NCBI GenBank assembly: GCA_002269645.1
Contig: NIVC01001027.1
Coordinates: 1 to 64,000 of the forward strand
Source: Macrostomum lignano
Taxonomy: Eukaryota
Direction of reading: 5' to 3'
Length of the DNA stretch: 64,000 nucleotides
Below, piece by piece: positions 1 to 11,624 of the stretch; within the stretch, counting starts at the first letter, position 1, and the number at the start of each line of letters is the position of its first letter. A model generated the notes under the pieces. The model had not been told where the DNA came from, did not search any database, and saw only the letters and a list, made by a program, of their open reading frames with translations. The position numbers and the translations under genes are program-made.

Positions 1-572
1 TGTGATTACAGTTGCACGCACAGTCTAGTCAGTCGCTAGCAGCTTCTCTAAAAATCGGTGTCAGCAAATTGCATCCAACATGGGCAGCAGCCATTCGTTC
101 TCTCTTTCCCACTTGCTAGAAATGGCTTGCAATTGCCACCTGTCTTCGGATGACAACCGTCGACGGTTGCGTATCGCATGTCCATAAGCGGAGGAAGAAT
201 CGACGGGTTGATTAGAGAAACCATTGCTTTGTTTGTTTTTATAGTGGCAACTAGCTTTCAATTGTAATCTCCTTTCGTTACCCCTCCCCTCACCATCTCC
301 AGCGTGCAAGATTGATTTTGTCTATGGTTAAAATGTGGGGCTTCGCCCCCACACCCGCCCCAGCGGGGCTCTGCCCCGCAGCACCGCCGCTAGCAGCGGG
401 TAATGTCTATAGTAATATCAATTATAACCTTTTTTGGGCAGAATGTAAAATGAAAGAATCAAATAAGAATGAGATTCATGCACGCCAACTCGTGCGTCTA
501 TGGCAAAGAGCACTCTTTGTTTAACAAAGCTCTAAATGCACTTGAACTTGGACAATGAACTTTGATTTGCAG

Positions 573-3500
573 ACATTGACGAATGCGCAGAGCACCCGAA
601 AATCTGCGGAGTTGGTCGCAATTGCATCAACTTGGATGGTTCTTAGCAGATGCGAATCTAAACAGTGGCGGTAGATTGCAAGAGTAGGTGACTTTGGTCA
701 CTGAAAAATGCTTTGTTTAAATCTAGCGAATTTAAAGTACGCCCGCCTCTGCGATCCGAATTTCTGGCAGGCTAAATTCACAGAGGGAGAATGCGTCTGC
801 ACTGAAGGATTTCGAATGAATGCGACTTCAAAATTGTGCGAAGGTATAGAAAAATTGTGTTTTTGAGTGAGGTGGGTGTTTTGGAGTGAGGTGAGTGTTT
901 TGGAGTGAGGTGGGTGTTTTGGAGTGAGGTGGGTGTTTTGGAGTGAGGTGGGTGTTTTGGAGTGAGGTGAGTGTTTTGGAGTGAGGTGGGTGTTTTGGAG
1001 TGAGGTGGGTGTTTTGGAGTGAGGTGGGTGTTTTGGAGTGAGGTGGGTGTTTTGGAGTGAGGTGGGTGTTTTGGAGTGAGGTGGGTGTTTTGGAGTGAGG
1101 TGGGTGTTTTGGAGTGAGGTGGGTGTTTTGGGATGAGGTGGGTGTTTTGGAGTGAGGTGGGTGTTTTGGAGTGAGGTGGGTGTTTTGGAGTGAGGTGGGT
1201 GTTTTGGAGTGAGGTGGGTGTTTTGGAGTGAGGTGGGTGTTTTGGAGTGAGGTGGGTGTTTTGGAGTGAGGTGGGTGTTTTGGAGTGAGGTGGGTGTTTT
1301 GGAGTGAGGTGGGTGTTTTGGAGTGAGGTGGGTGTTTTGGAGTGAGGTGGGTGTTTTGGAGTGAGGTGGTGTTTTGGAGTGAGGTGGGTGTTTTGGAGTG
1401 AGGTGGGTGTTTTGGAGTGAGGTGGGTGTTTTGGAGTGAGGTGGGTGTTTTGGGAGTGAGGTGGGTGTTTTGGAGTGAGGTGGGTGTTTTGGAGTGAGGT
1501 AGGTTTGAGGAGGATGCTATTGGTTGTTATAAAAGCTTTTTAATATCACTTTAACACAATTCAGACATCAACGAGTGCACAGAAGGCAGGCACAACTGTG
1601 ACGCCAACGATGTTTGTCGAAATACACGCGGTCATTATGACTGCTTATCCAGAGACAAGGTTTGCGAGCCGGGCTTCGGGTTAAGCTTCGACCACTCCAG
1701 CTGCGTTGGTAAGATTCAGCAATAAAAAGTCTAATTGAGCATTAAAAATTGTTTCTCAAGCTAATCTGCATTGACAGATATTGACGAGTGCCGGTTGGGT
1801 CATCACAAGTGCAGCGAACGCGAAGTGTGCAACAACACTCACGGATCCTATGTCTGCGAATGCTCGCCCGGATTCCACAGGGTTGGCGGCAGTAGGGAGT
1901 GCACAGGTAGGAAATTGCTTCTTTGGTGTGTTGCTACGCTCGTATTCCTTAAAGTTCATTCATGTGTTGCCATTGCCTGGCGCTTTGATGTGCCGGTCGC
2001 GATTCCCTGATCCTTTGATGTGCCGCCATTTCCTGATCCTTTGATGTGCCGCCATTTCCTGATCCTTTAATGTGCCGCCATTTCCTGATCCTTTGATGTG
2101 CCGCCATTCCATGGCTTTTTGAGGAGCCGCCATTTCCTAATCCTTTGATGTGCCCCGTTTTTTACGACGATTATTCTTTATAAGCCGAAGTTCCATGGTT
2201 CTTTGATGCACCGCCATCATCTGGTCAATTGTTGTATCGTCATTCCCTCTATTTTTTTGATGAGCCGCCATTCTCTTGTTGCTTGATGATATTCTTAAAC
2301 TTACCTCGCTGCCTCACCCAGACATCGACGAATGCACTTTAAAAAATGGAAGCAGCCCGTGCCCGGCACACCTGCAGTGCCGGAACAGCCCCGGTTCGTA
2401 CACCTGCGTTTGTCCCCTTGGTTACCAGCCAAACAACGCTTCTGACATTGTCAACGCATCCCTGACATGCGTTGACATCGATGAATGCGCGCAGTTGCCC
2501 GACATCTGCGGCAGCGTTGGCACCTGCCGTAACAGTCCAGCAGGCGCCTACACTTGCACCTGTCCCGGCGGCTACATGGCCACGGACGTGGTTCGGGGCA
2601 CCTGCGCAGACATCGACGAGTGCCAGTTAAACGCCTGTCCAGCAGGGGCCGCGTGTCGCAACACGCCTGGCAACTACGACTGCCAGTGTCGACCGGGGTT
2701 TCTGTTCGTGCGGCAGAAGAACCTCTGCGAAGGTGATTGGTGCTTCTGGTAGCGCTTGCCTGATTGCTGCTTCTAATAGTCTTTCCTGATTGTTGCTTTT
2801 GGTAGCGCTTGCCTGATTGCTGCTTCTAATAGTCTTTCCTGATTGTTGCTTTTGGTAGCGCTTGCCTGATTGCTGCTTCTAATAGTCTTTCCTGATTGTT
2901 GCTTTTGGTAGCGCTTGCCTGATTGCTGCTTCTAATAGTCTTTCCTGGTTGTTGCTTTTGGTAGCGCTTGCCTGATTGTTGCTTTTGGTAGCGCTTGCCT
3001 GATTGCTGCTTCTAATAGCCTTTCCTGGTTGCTGCTTCTGGTAGTCTTTCCTGATTGCTGCTTCTGGTAGTCTTTCCTGATTGCTGCTTCTAATAGTCTT
3101 TCCTGATTGTTGCTTTTGGTAGTTTTTCCTGATTGCTGCTTCCAATAGTCTTTCCTGGTTGCTGCTTTTGGTAGTCTTTTCTGATTGTTGCTTTTCCTGA
3201 TTGCTGCTTCTGGTAGTCTTTCCTGGTTGCTGCTTCTGGTAAGGTCTTTCCTGATTGCTGCTTCTAGTCTTTCCTGGTTGCTGCTTCTGGTAGTCTTTCC
3301 TGATTGCTGCTTCTGGTATTCTTTCCTGATTGCTGCTTCTAATACTCTTTCCTGATTGTTGCTTTTGGTAGCGCTTGCCTGATTGCTGCTTCTAATAGTC
3401 TTTCCTGGTTGCTGCTTCTAATAGTCTTTTCTTGGTAGCTGCTTCTGGTAGCGTTTTTTTATTTCTGCTTTAACTGCCCTTTTCTGAAAGTTCTTTTCGT

Positions 3501-5782
3501 TGCCTGTAATGACCCAGTAAATGTGTCCCGATCCAACCGGCAGACATTAACGAATGCGACCAGCCTGACAATGAGTGCGCTCAGAATGGCACGAGCTGCT
3601 TCAACTATCGCGGCGGCTCCGCCTGCTACCGGCACTCCTGCCCTGAGGGTTTCGTCTGCCTCGATCGGGGTCAGGACTTCACACTGCAAACACGCTGTCG
3701 TTCAGGTGAATTCGCGCCTTCTTCCCGTTTAGTGGGAGTTTGTCCTGCTGGACTAGACCTAACTATAAGAATATAAAAGATTAAGGTATACCTGTCACAT
3801 CGCACCTGTAATCATCTGATCCGCCTGTCACATTGAATTTGTAGTCGTCTGCTCTATTTACAATGCTCTACTATCCGATCTACCTGTCACATCTCACTCT
3901 AGACAATCCGATCTACCTGTCACATCTCACTCTAGACAATTCGATCTACCTGTCACATCTCACTCTAGACAATTCGATCTACCTGTCACATCTCACTCTA
4001 GACAATCAGATCTACCTGTCACATCTCACTCTAGACAATCAGATCTACCTGTCACATCTCACTCTAGACAATCAGATCTACCTGTCACATCTCACTCTAG
4101 ACAATCAGATCTACCTGTCACATCTCACTCTAGACAATCAGATCTACCTGTCACATCTCACTCTAGACAATCAGATCTACCTGTCACATCTCACTCTAGA
4201 CAATCCGATCTAGCTGTCACATCTCACTCTAGACAATCCGATCTAGCTGTCACATCTCACTCTACACAATCAGATCTACCTGTCACATCTCTCTCTAGAC
4301 AATCCGATCTACCTGTCACATCTCACTCTAGACAATCCGATCTACCTGTCACATCTCACTCTAGACAATCAGATCTACCTGTCACATCTCACTCTAGACA
4401 ATCCGATCTACCTGTCACATCTCACTCTAGACAATTAGATCTACCTGTCACATCTCACTCTAGACAATCCGATCTACCTGTCACATCTCACTCTAGACAA
4501 TTAGATCTACCTGTCACATCTCACAATAAACACTCCGATCTACCTGTCGCATCTCACTCTAGACAATCCGATCTACCTGTCGCATCTCACTCTAGACAAT
4601 CCGATCTACCTGTCGCATCTCACTCTAGACAATCCGATCTACCTGTCACATCTCACTCTAGACAATTAGATCTACCTGTCACATCTCACTCTAGACAATT
4701 AGATCTACCTGTCGCATCTCACTCTAGACAATCAGATCTACCTGTCACATCTCACTATAAACAATCAGATCTACCTGTCGCATCTCACTCTAGACAATCC
4801 GATCTACCTGTCACATCTCACTCTAGACAATCCGATCTACCTGTCACATCTCACTCTAGACAATCCGATCTACCTGTCACATCTCACTCTAGACAATCCG
4901 ATCTACCTGTCACATCTCACTCTAGACAATCCGATCTACCTGTCACATCTCACTCTAGACAATTAGATCTACCTGTCGCATCTCACTCTAGACAATCAGA
5001 TCTACCTGTCACATCTCACTATAAACAATCAGATCTACCTGTCGCATCTCACTCTAGACAATCCGATCTACCTGTCACATCTCACTCTAGACAATCCGAT
5101 CTACCTGTCACATCTCACTCTAGACAATCCGATCTACCTGTCACATCTCACTCTAGACAATCCGATCTACCTGTCACATCTCACTCTAGACAATCCGATC
5201 TACCTGTCGCATCTCACTATAAACACTCCGGTCTACCTGTAGTGACACCACTCGTGCGCAAGCCGGCAATACGTTAACAGACTAAAATAAAAAAACCTGT
5301 TTAATCTCTCCTTATACAGTTGCCGTCTAATCGGCGAAGCGTGTCATCCGGCGCCAAGATTCAACGGTGGCAGGCAGCAGCGGCGGGTGTGCATCAAGCG
5401 ACATCGCATTGTGCACAAAGCCCAGGAGATGCCGCTAGCAAATCGAGGCTCCTTCGTCACGGTTCAGTCGGACATGCGTCTTGGCCTGCGCGAGTGCCAG
5501 TTCAGAGCCACTCTGTTCCGGGCCAGTGGCCTTCGGACCACCAGCTATCAAGTGGAGACTACCGCTGCCCCTACCGATGAAGAGGCCGTGCGATTTCACC
5601 AGAGACAGACGCAGCGGTACACAATTTGTAGCACAGAACTGCGAATCGGTGGCGCCGCCTCCGCCGATGGAAACTCGACCGGCGGCACAGATCCAGTACA
5701 GTGGGCTCAAGTTGAAGTAGTCCTGATCAAAGGCGCCGCAGCCGATATATCGAACAACACCGTGAATCTTATCTACCTCTGA
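573..5782 (+). CDS. Fibulin/hemicentin-like Ca-binding EGF repeat protein, 3' part (5' end lies upstream of the window)
   Basis: Phase-1 AG/GT exons each starting D-I-[DN]-E-C: 573-~687, ~727-843, 1565-1708, 1778-1906, 2322-2732 (three cbEGF), 3544-3705. Last exon 5320-5782 (CRLIGEACHP...VEVVLIK...LIYL*) resembles a fibulin C-terminal module. In-frame TAG at 644-646 and a phase mismatch at 3705/5320 are unresolved. Confidence 0.8.
858..1500. repeat. Intronic 19-bp minisatellite (GGAGTGAGGTGGGTGTTTT)n, ~33 copies
   Basis: Direct tandem copies visible throughout intron 844-1564. Confidence 0.97.
1985..2280. repeat. Intronic ~24-bp degenerate tandem repeat (GATGTGCCGCCATTTCCTGATCCTT-like)
   Basis: Several near-identical then decaying copies in intron 1907-2321. 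Confidence 0.85.
2733..3460. repeat. Intronic minisatellite, variable unit (CTGATTGCTGCTTCTAATAGTCTTTC / TTGCTTTTGGTAGCGCTTGC)
   Basis: Tandem copies start at the splice donor 2733 and run to ~3460. Confidence 0.95.
3875..5240. repeat. Intronic 33-bp minisatellite (TCTACCTGTCACATCTCACTCTAGACAATCCGA)n, ~41 copies
   Basis: The 33-bp period gives the 11-aa repeat IYLSHLTLDNQ in the ORF track. Confidence 0.97.
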
Positions 5783-6227
5783 GGCTCTTTTTGGCCAGGA
5801 AGAAAGTTAAACTCTCTGACTTTTACTGTTTGTTATAAACTTCTATGAATAGTCAGTTAAACAAACTAAATCGTATATACGAGTATTTGACTATTTTTGG
5901 CACCGCTTTAAAAACTTAAGTAACCCGCAAGTTAATTGGTTCTGATTATTGCAGTTGTTGATATTTTACGTGACATATCGCTTAAATTCTGTCACTCAAT
6001 GACCTTGAAAACTTGGTTGACCTTGACCTTGAGTGGTCGTGCGATAAAGGAGCTTCAAAAGCAAACTTCAGATGGCCAATTTTGATATGCATCTGGGACA
6101 GAAACTGTCAGTAACCTCAGAACCCGAGTTGCTTGGAGACAGATGTCCGAATAGTGTCATTGGCATTAGCTTTTCTGTTCTTTCTAGGGGTTCACGGTAA
6201 GTTTCCGATACAGAAGAATAGGCGCTA

Positions 6228-6820
6228 GCTAAAGAGAGGGCGCCAGCTACAGAGAGGGCGCCAGCTACAGTGGGGGGCACCAACTACAGAGAGGGCGCCA
6301 GCTACAGAGGGGGCGCCAGCTACAGAGGGGGCGCCAGCTACAGAGGGGGCGCCAGCTACAGAGAATGCGTCAGCTACAGTGGGGGGCGCCAGTTACAGAG
6401 GGGGCGCCAGCTACAGAGGGGGCGCCAGCTACAGAGGGGGCGCCAGCTACAGAGGGGGCGCCAGCTACAGAGAGGGGGCGCCAGTTACAGAGGGGGCGCC
6501 AGCTACAGAAGGGGCGCCAGCTACAGAGGGGGCGTCAGCTACAGAGGGGGCACCAGCTACAGAGAGAGCGCCAGCTACAGTGGGGGCACCAACTACAGAG
6601 AGGGCGCCAGCTACAGTGGGGGCGCCAGCTACAGAGGGGGGCGCCAGCTACAGAGAGGGGGCCAGCTATAGAGGGGGCGCCAGCTACAGAGGGGGCGCCA
6701 GCTACAGTGGGGGCGCCAGCTACAGAGGGGGCGCCAGCTACAGTGGGGGCGCCAGCTACAGAGGAGGCGCCAGCTACAGAGGGGGCGCCAGCTACAGAGG
6801 GGGCGCCAGCTACAGAGGGA
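6228..6820. repeat. Intergenic 18-bp minisatellite (GGGGGCGCCAGCTACAGA)n
   Basis: Tandem copies; source of the spurious GGASYR / EGAPAT ORFs. Confidence 0.97.
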
Positions 6821-7072
6821 AGATTTCACTTGCAATATCACAAAGTCAACTTTAATAATTTCTATCTAAACTACTTAGAAAATAGTAGTATAGAACATAT
6901 ATCCAACGACACAACACAGCATAAACAATGCATGCAACCATAGACAAGATTTAGCGCTTCTTTCAAAACTATAAATTTATAACTACACTGAATTTGAAAT
7001 TTAAAGAAAACTGCGTCAAGTAGATGACAAGAGAAACTGCAGAAAAATTCATATCCAAAGATAGTCGATGTG

Positions 7073-9739
7073 ATGACTCTGAGAAACCGAAATCAAACAG
7101 AGACTGCTCGAAAGCAGCAGGAGCAGCCGACTCAGCTAGGCCAGCAGAAGAAGCCGAAGCAACAGCAGCAACAATCAAAAGTGCCATCAGTCGCCGCGGC
7201 CTTCTATCGCAAGCTAACCGAAACAGTTCAAGAAGAGAAAGGCAACGCTGAAGAGATGGTCAGATGGGCACTGACCGCCTATGCCAACCTGTTGAAGAAT
7301 ATCGACAAATCTCTGCTGCTCCCGGCCAAAGAGAAGGACAGGGAGAAACAGCAGGCTAGTGCTGAGGCTGCCAGGCTGGACAGATACCGATCTAGGGGAC
7401 TGAACTGTGAGTAATGCCCTGGGGGTTCGATTCCCTACACTGCCATAGAGTAGCTTCGATACCTTTCACAAGCTCGAAACTTTGTAGATCGAATTTTCCC
7501 ACAATAAAAATTTTCGCAAGCTATGAGGGCCCACCGCCAAGGCAGAGGGTGTGCAGACAGTGTGTGATTGCGTCACAATCTGCTTTATGGATCAGTGTTG
7601 ATAGATCAGTGTTGATAGATCAGTGTTGATAGATCAATGTTGATATATCAGTGTTGATAGATCAGTGTTGATAGATCAGTGTTGATAGATCAATGTTGAT
7701 AGATCAGTGTTGATAGATCAGTGTTGATAGATCAATGTTGATAGATCAGTGTTGATAGATCAGTGTTGATAGATCAGTGTTGATAGATCAGTGTTGATAT
7801 ATCGGTGTTGATAGATCAGTGTTGATATATCAGTATTGATAGATCAGTGTGTTAGCTATCCTAGATAAAGCCGTATCTCCCCCCCCCCCCCAGACTCCGT
7901 GCGCCACATCAGCCCAGCTATTCAGCGACGTCAGCGAGCCGACCGCGGTCAGAGCAAGGACCTGGCTACCCTCATCGAGGAGCTGAAGCAGCAGCGGGAT
8001 CTGTGGGAGGCGTTTCTCGGCGGATTCAAGGAGTCCCTCGGTTCGGGTCTGACTGCCGAACAAAAAGAAGCCGTGGCAAAAAAGAATGATGACACACTAT
8101 ATGAGATTTACAAGTGAGTGCTGGATAAATGCAGATCCATATGGGGTTTATTGGGGCATAGATTACCTATAGATATGCGTAGATTACCTATAGATATGCA
8201 TAGATTACCTATAGATATGCGTAAATTACCTATAGGTGCATAGACTACCTAGATATTCATAGATTACCTATAGATATGCGTAAATTACCTATAGGTGCAT
8301 AGACTACCTAGATATTCATAGATTACCTATAGATCGATACAAAAATTACATTTAGATTATGCATAGGTTACAGCTATAGATGCAAAGATAACCTATAATA
8401 AACGCTCTAATACCTATAGATGCGTAGTTACACTTAGACTAGACGCATCGACATAGATACGTATCAATTACTATAAGTAGTCCAGCCTATAATACTGGAT
8501 TTAAACATTCCAGAACTGTGTGGCCAATTCTCGATAAGCTCAATTCAGCCAGCAAGCTTGAGAACGAAAAATGATCCAAGCGACTTGCACTCAGTGACCT
8601 TGACCTGAGCTGAGTTAGCTCAACAAGCATTATATTAACTCTTACCTTCTTTTTCAAGCTCGTGAATATTTTTTTGCCTCAACATTCGTTTGAAAGTCTG
8701 TCGCAAGGGTCTCTTGGCCGCAAACGTTCGTTTCAGCTTGTCGATCGCATGAATTTATAGATATTCGTAATATCAAATGCATAGCTGAAGACACCTCCGT
8801 TTTAAAGGCCATCTTATGAAAGCAAAAAATGTATGTTGTTAATAAATCAGTGTTGATAGATCGGTGTTAATAAATCAGTGTTGATAGATCAGTGTTGATA
8901 GATCGGTGTTGATTGATCAGTGTTGATAGATCAGTGTTGATAGATCAGTGTTGATAGATCAGTGTTGATAGATCAGTGTTGATAGATCAGTGTTGATAGA
9001 TCGGTGTTGATTGATCAGTGTTGATAGATCAGTGTTGATTGATCAGTGTTGACAGATCAATGTTGATAGATCGGTGTTGATAGATCAGTGTTGATAGATC
9101 AGTGTTGATTGATCAGTGTTGATTGATCAGTGTTGATTGATCAGTGTTGACAGATCAATGTTGATAGATCAGTGTTGATAGATCAGTGTTGATAGATCAG
9201 TGTTGATAGATCAGTGTTGATAGATCAGTGTTGATAGATCAGTGTTGATAGATCAGTGTTGATAGATCAGTGTTGATAGGTCAGTGTTGATAGATCGGTG
9301 TTGATAGAGCAGTGTTGATAGATCAGTGTTGATAGATCACTGTTGATTGATCAGTGTTGATAGATCACTGTTGATAGATCAGTGTTGATAGGTCAGTGTT
9401 GATAGATCGGTGTTGATAGAGCAGTGTTGATAGATCAGTGTTGATAGATCAGGGTTTATAGATCAGTGTTGATAGATCAGTGTTGATAGATCGGTGTTGA
9501 TAGGTCAGTGTTGATAGGTCAGTGTTGATAAATCGGTGTTGATAGATCAGTGTCGATAGATCAGTGTTGATAGATCAGTGTTGATAGATCGGTGTTGATA
9601 GATCAGTGTTGATAGATCAGTGTTGATAGACTGACTTTTTGCATGCCACTCCATCGCTGAATTTTCCATGCTCTCTCACAGCGGTGACGCGAACCTGTTT
9701 ATTCAGAGCTGCGCACTAACCACGGCCAACTCTACTTAA
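7073..9739 (+). CDS. Hypothetical ~200-aa protein with Q/K-rich N-terminus and predicted coiled-coil segments (3 exons)
   Basis: Exons 7073-7406, 7894-8113, 9682-9739. Both donors are GTGAGT, acceptors are pyrimidine-rich, and phases match (T|AC=Tyr, AA|C=Asn), ending at TAA. No family recognised; start codon uncertain. Confidence 0.7.
7590..7850. repeat. 14-bp minisatellite (GATAGATCAGTGTT)n, intron 1 of orphan gene
   Basis: Tandem copies. Confidence 0.95.
8158..8340. repeat. ~21-bp tandem repeat (ATAGATTACCTATAGATATGC-like)
   Basis: About 8 degenerate copies near the start of intron 2. Confidence 0.8.
8846..9630. repeat. 14-bp minisatellite (GATAGATCAGTGTT)n, intron 2 of orphan gene, ~55 copies
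   Basis: Same unit as 7590-7850. Confidence 0.97.
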
Positions 9740-10116
9740 CTTGGAGCGCTTTCATGACAGCGCTAGTAGGTCACTGAACCAAGTTTATTGATAGAAAACT
9801 TAATATATTTTTATAATGAGAAAAAACAAACTGATACTTAAATTGGCAAGGTCAAGACTTGATAAAAAATTCAAACCGGTTCCAAACCGATGGGTGACTA
9901 AAAGTACAGCGGGGAATAAAATAACGGATCGGTACAAAGGACACGACAGAAAATGTTCTTGCACTGGCTCCTCTATCTTTCTGAGAACAAAAATTTGTTG
10001 CTGCTTTGAAATAGGTTGGTTGCAACGATGACTTCGTTGAACATGAGCTGGGTGGAGAAAGCAACGGGTTAGTGCTCAGGTGCTCAAAGTGGGATCGAAC
10101 CCAGGCTTGCACATAC

Positions 10117-11105
10117 CGTGCGGCGCGTGCTTCTCTTTGAACTCGGCCGAGTAGCCGTACTGATCAGAGAAGTCCCTGTTCTCCTGCTCAGCAGCAGCTT
10201 TTTTAGCGGCCTCCTCTGCTTGGCGCTTCTTCTCCTGCTCGGCTGCTTCCTTCTCGGCGATGGCCGCCGGATCGTCCGAGTCGCTGGCGGTCGCTGCTGG
10301 CGGGTTTCCGTCGGAGACTTTCGTGTTGAGATCGCCCAGCAGGTTGAGAATACCGCCGGGACTGTTTGAGGCTTCGTTGGCACTGGACAGCAGGGTCAGC
10401 TGGCTGAGCGGCCGAGTTGTTAGACGGTGAATTTCGTTGGCAGCTTCGGTTGATTTGCGCTTCAGATAGGAGTCGTTAACCTGATTGGTGAGTGGGTGGT
10501 GGAGTATGCAGTTAATCCATCGATAGGCCCTGGGGCAGACTCTCGCGTCACAACCTCTTGGCATAATGACACCCAGTTGCTTACCTGCGGATTAATAGTG
10601 ATCTTGAAATTCTCGGCATTTTTCAGCCTCTCCCAGGGAATGGTCTCCAGCAGGCGCAGCGTAACCAGCTTCACCCGTTCGCGTTTCTCGCTCTCCTTCA
10701 AAGTGTCGGAGCCCTTGGAGCCGACATTGACAAAGTCGATGAGCAGAGGGCCCAGACGTCGGCTAAGACCTCCTTAACCCAGAAGATGTCGTGAGCGAAA
10801 GCAACAAACAGCAGGTAATTCAGATAGTCGCCAATGGTCACGGCCGCCTGGAACTCCAGCTCGTACTCGCACAGAGTAGTCATAAAAGTGTTAACCAGAA
10901 AACGAGGATTGGCAACAACGTTTTGCAGCAGCTCTTTCGTATTGTACTTGAACTTAATTAGTGGACCTCGCTCTTTCAGGTACTTCATGAGGAACAGAAG
11001 CACCTGCTCTAGGCAGGGGTACTTGCGAATCACGGCCGTGAGATTTTCTGCCGAGCCAACCGATATGTGCTCTTTAACGTCCTGATTCACCTGCAGCATT
11101 GGCAT
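10117..11105 (-). CDS. Hypothetical protein (helical N-terminal domain plus E/K/A-rich coiled coil) with an apparent 1-nt frameshift at ~10745
   Basis: ORF 11105-10698 continues in the -1 frame (LLIDFVNVGSKG...KITINPQ) to donor CAG|GTAAGC at 10585. Acceptor at 10480; exon 10480-10117 ends at GTATGT. Terminal exon and true start uncertain; no family recognised. Confidence 0.55.
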
Positions 11106-11149
11106 TATAGAGTGTAAAATTACGAATTAGCTGAATATCGAGGCCGAGA

Positions 11150-11330
11150 GTTTATGTTAAACGAGGACGGACAAAGGGGCAGCGAAAATGTCCTGGAGCA
11201 GGCACAACACACTCACTTAAAATGTACAAAGGCCCTGACTTTCTGATCGTCAGGCATGCGTTAAATCTCCAAGTGCCTTGGGAGTTTGCAAGGTAAGCAC
11301 AGCAAAAAGCTATAACTGTAGTGTCGTCAT
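11150..11330 (-). mobile_element. Diverged SINE-B-related fragment
   Basis: Minus strand ACGATCAGAAAGTCAGGGCCTTTGTACA..GTGAGTGTGTTGTGCCTGCTC resembles the SINE-B body (AGGGCCGCTGTACACTCCTGTGTGAGTGTGTGCCTG) and 19146-19310. Confidence 0.4.
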
Positions 11331-11624
11331 ATACGGGGCCTTTCATAAGCTTAAAACTTCACATTGTCAAAATTTCACTTCGTCGAACAGCCTTGGCAGT
11401 CCACTTCCGCTAGCTCACAATAAAAAAATTGACGCGATGTGAAATTTGGAGCTTGTGAAAGCGATAAACTACTGAAGGAGAGAAGGGAGACAGTACGGGG
11501 CAACAAAACAGGATCGAGTAATACGGGCAAAGAACGATTGAAAAGGAAGGAAAGTGTAGAGGTATGATAGGATATGAAGAGAGAAGTGAACTTTATGAGC
11601 GCATGACGGTGAACGTTTTCTCGC

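Noticed and set aside
3863-4213. ORF of IYLSHLTLDNQ repeats (likewise 19564-19885, 26231-26617, 30782-31189, 33942-34520, 34897-35326, 35844-36116)
   Set aside because: All coincide with tandem arrays; only portions overlapping true exons are coding.
6270-6943. Long ORFs with GGASYR / EGAPAT / QLQRGR repeats
   Set aside because: They are translations of an 18-bp minisatellite that lacks stops in several frames.
11152-11346. 64-aa ORF as first exon of the minus-strand orphan
   Set aside because: Sequence resembles a SINE-B remnant and its donor phase does not match the next exon.
11608-11624. Target-site duplication for the Mutator element
   Set aside because: No direct repeat of 8-10 bp at any plausible boundary; the flanks are inverted instead.
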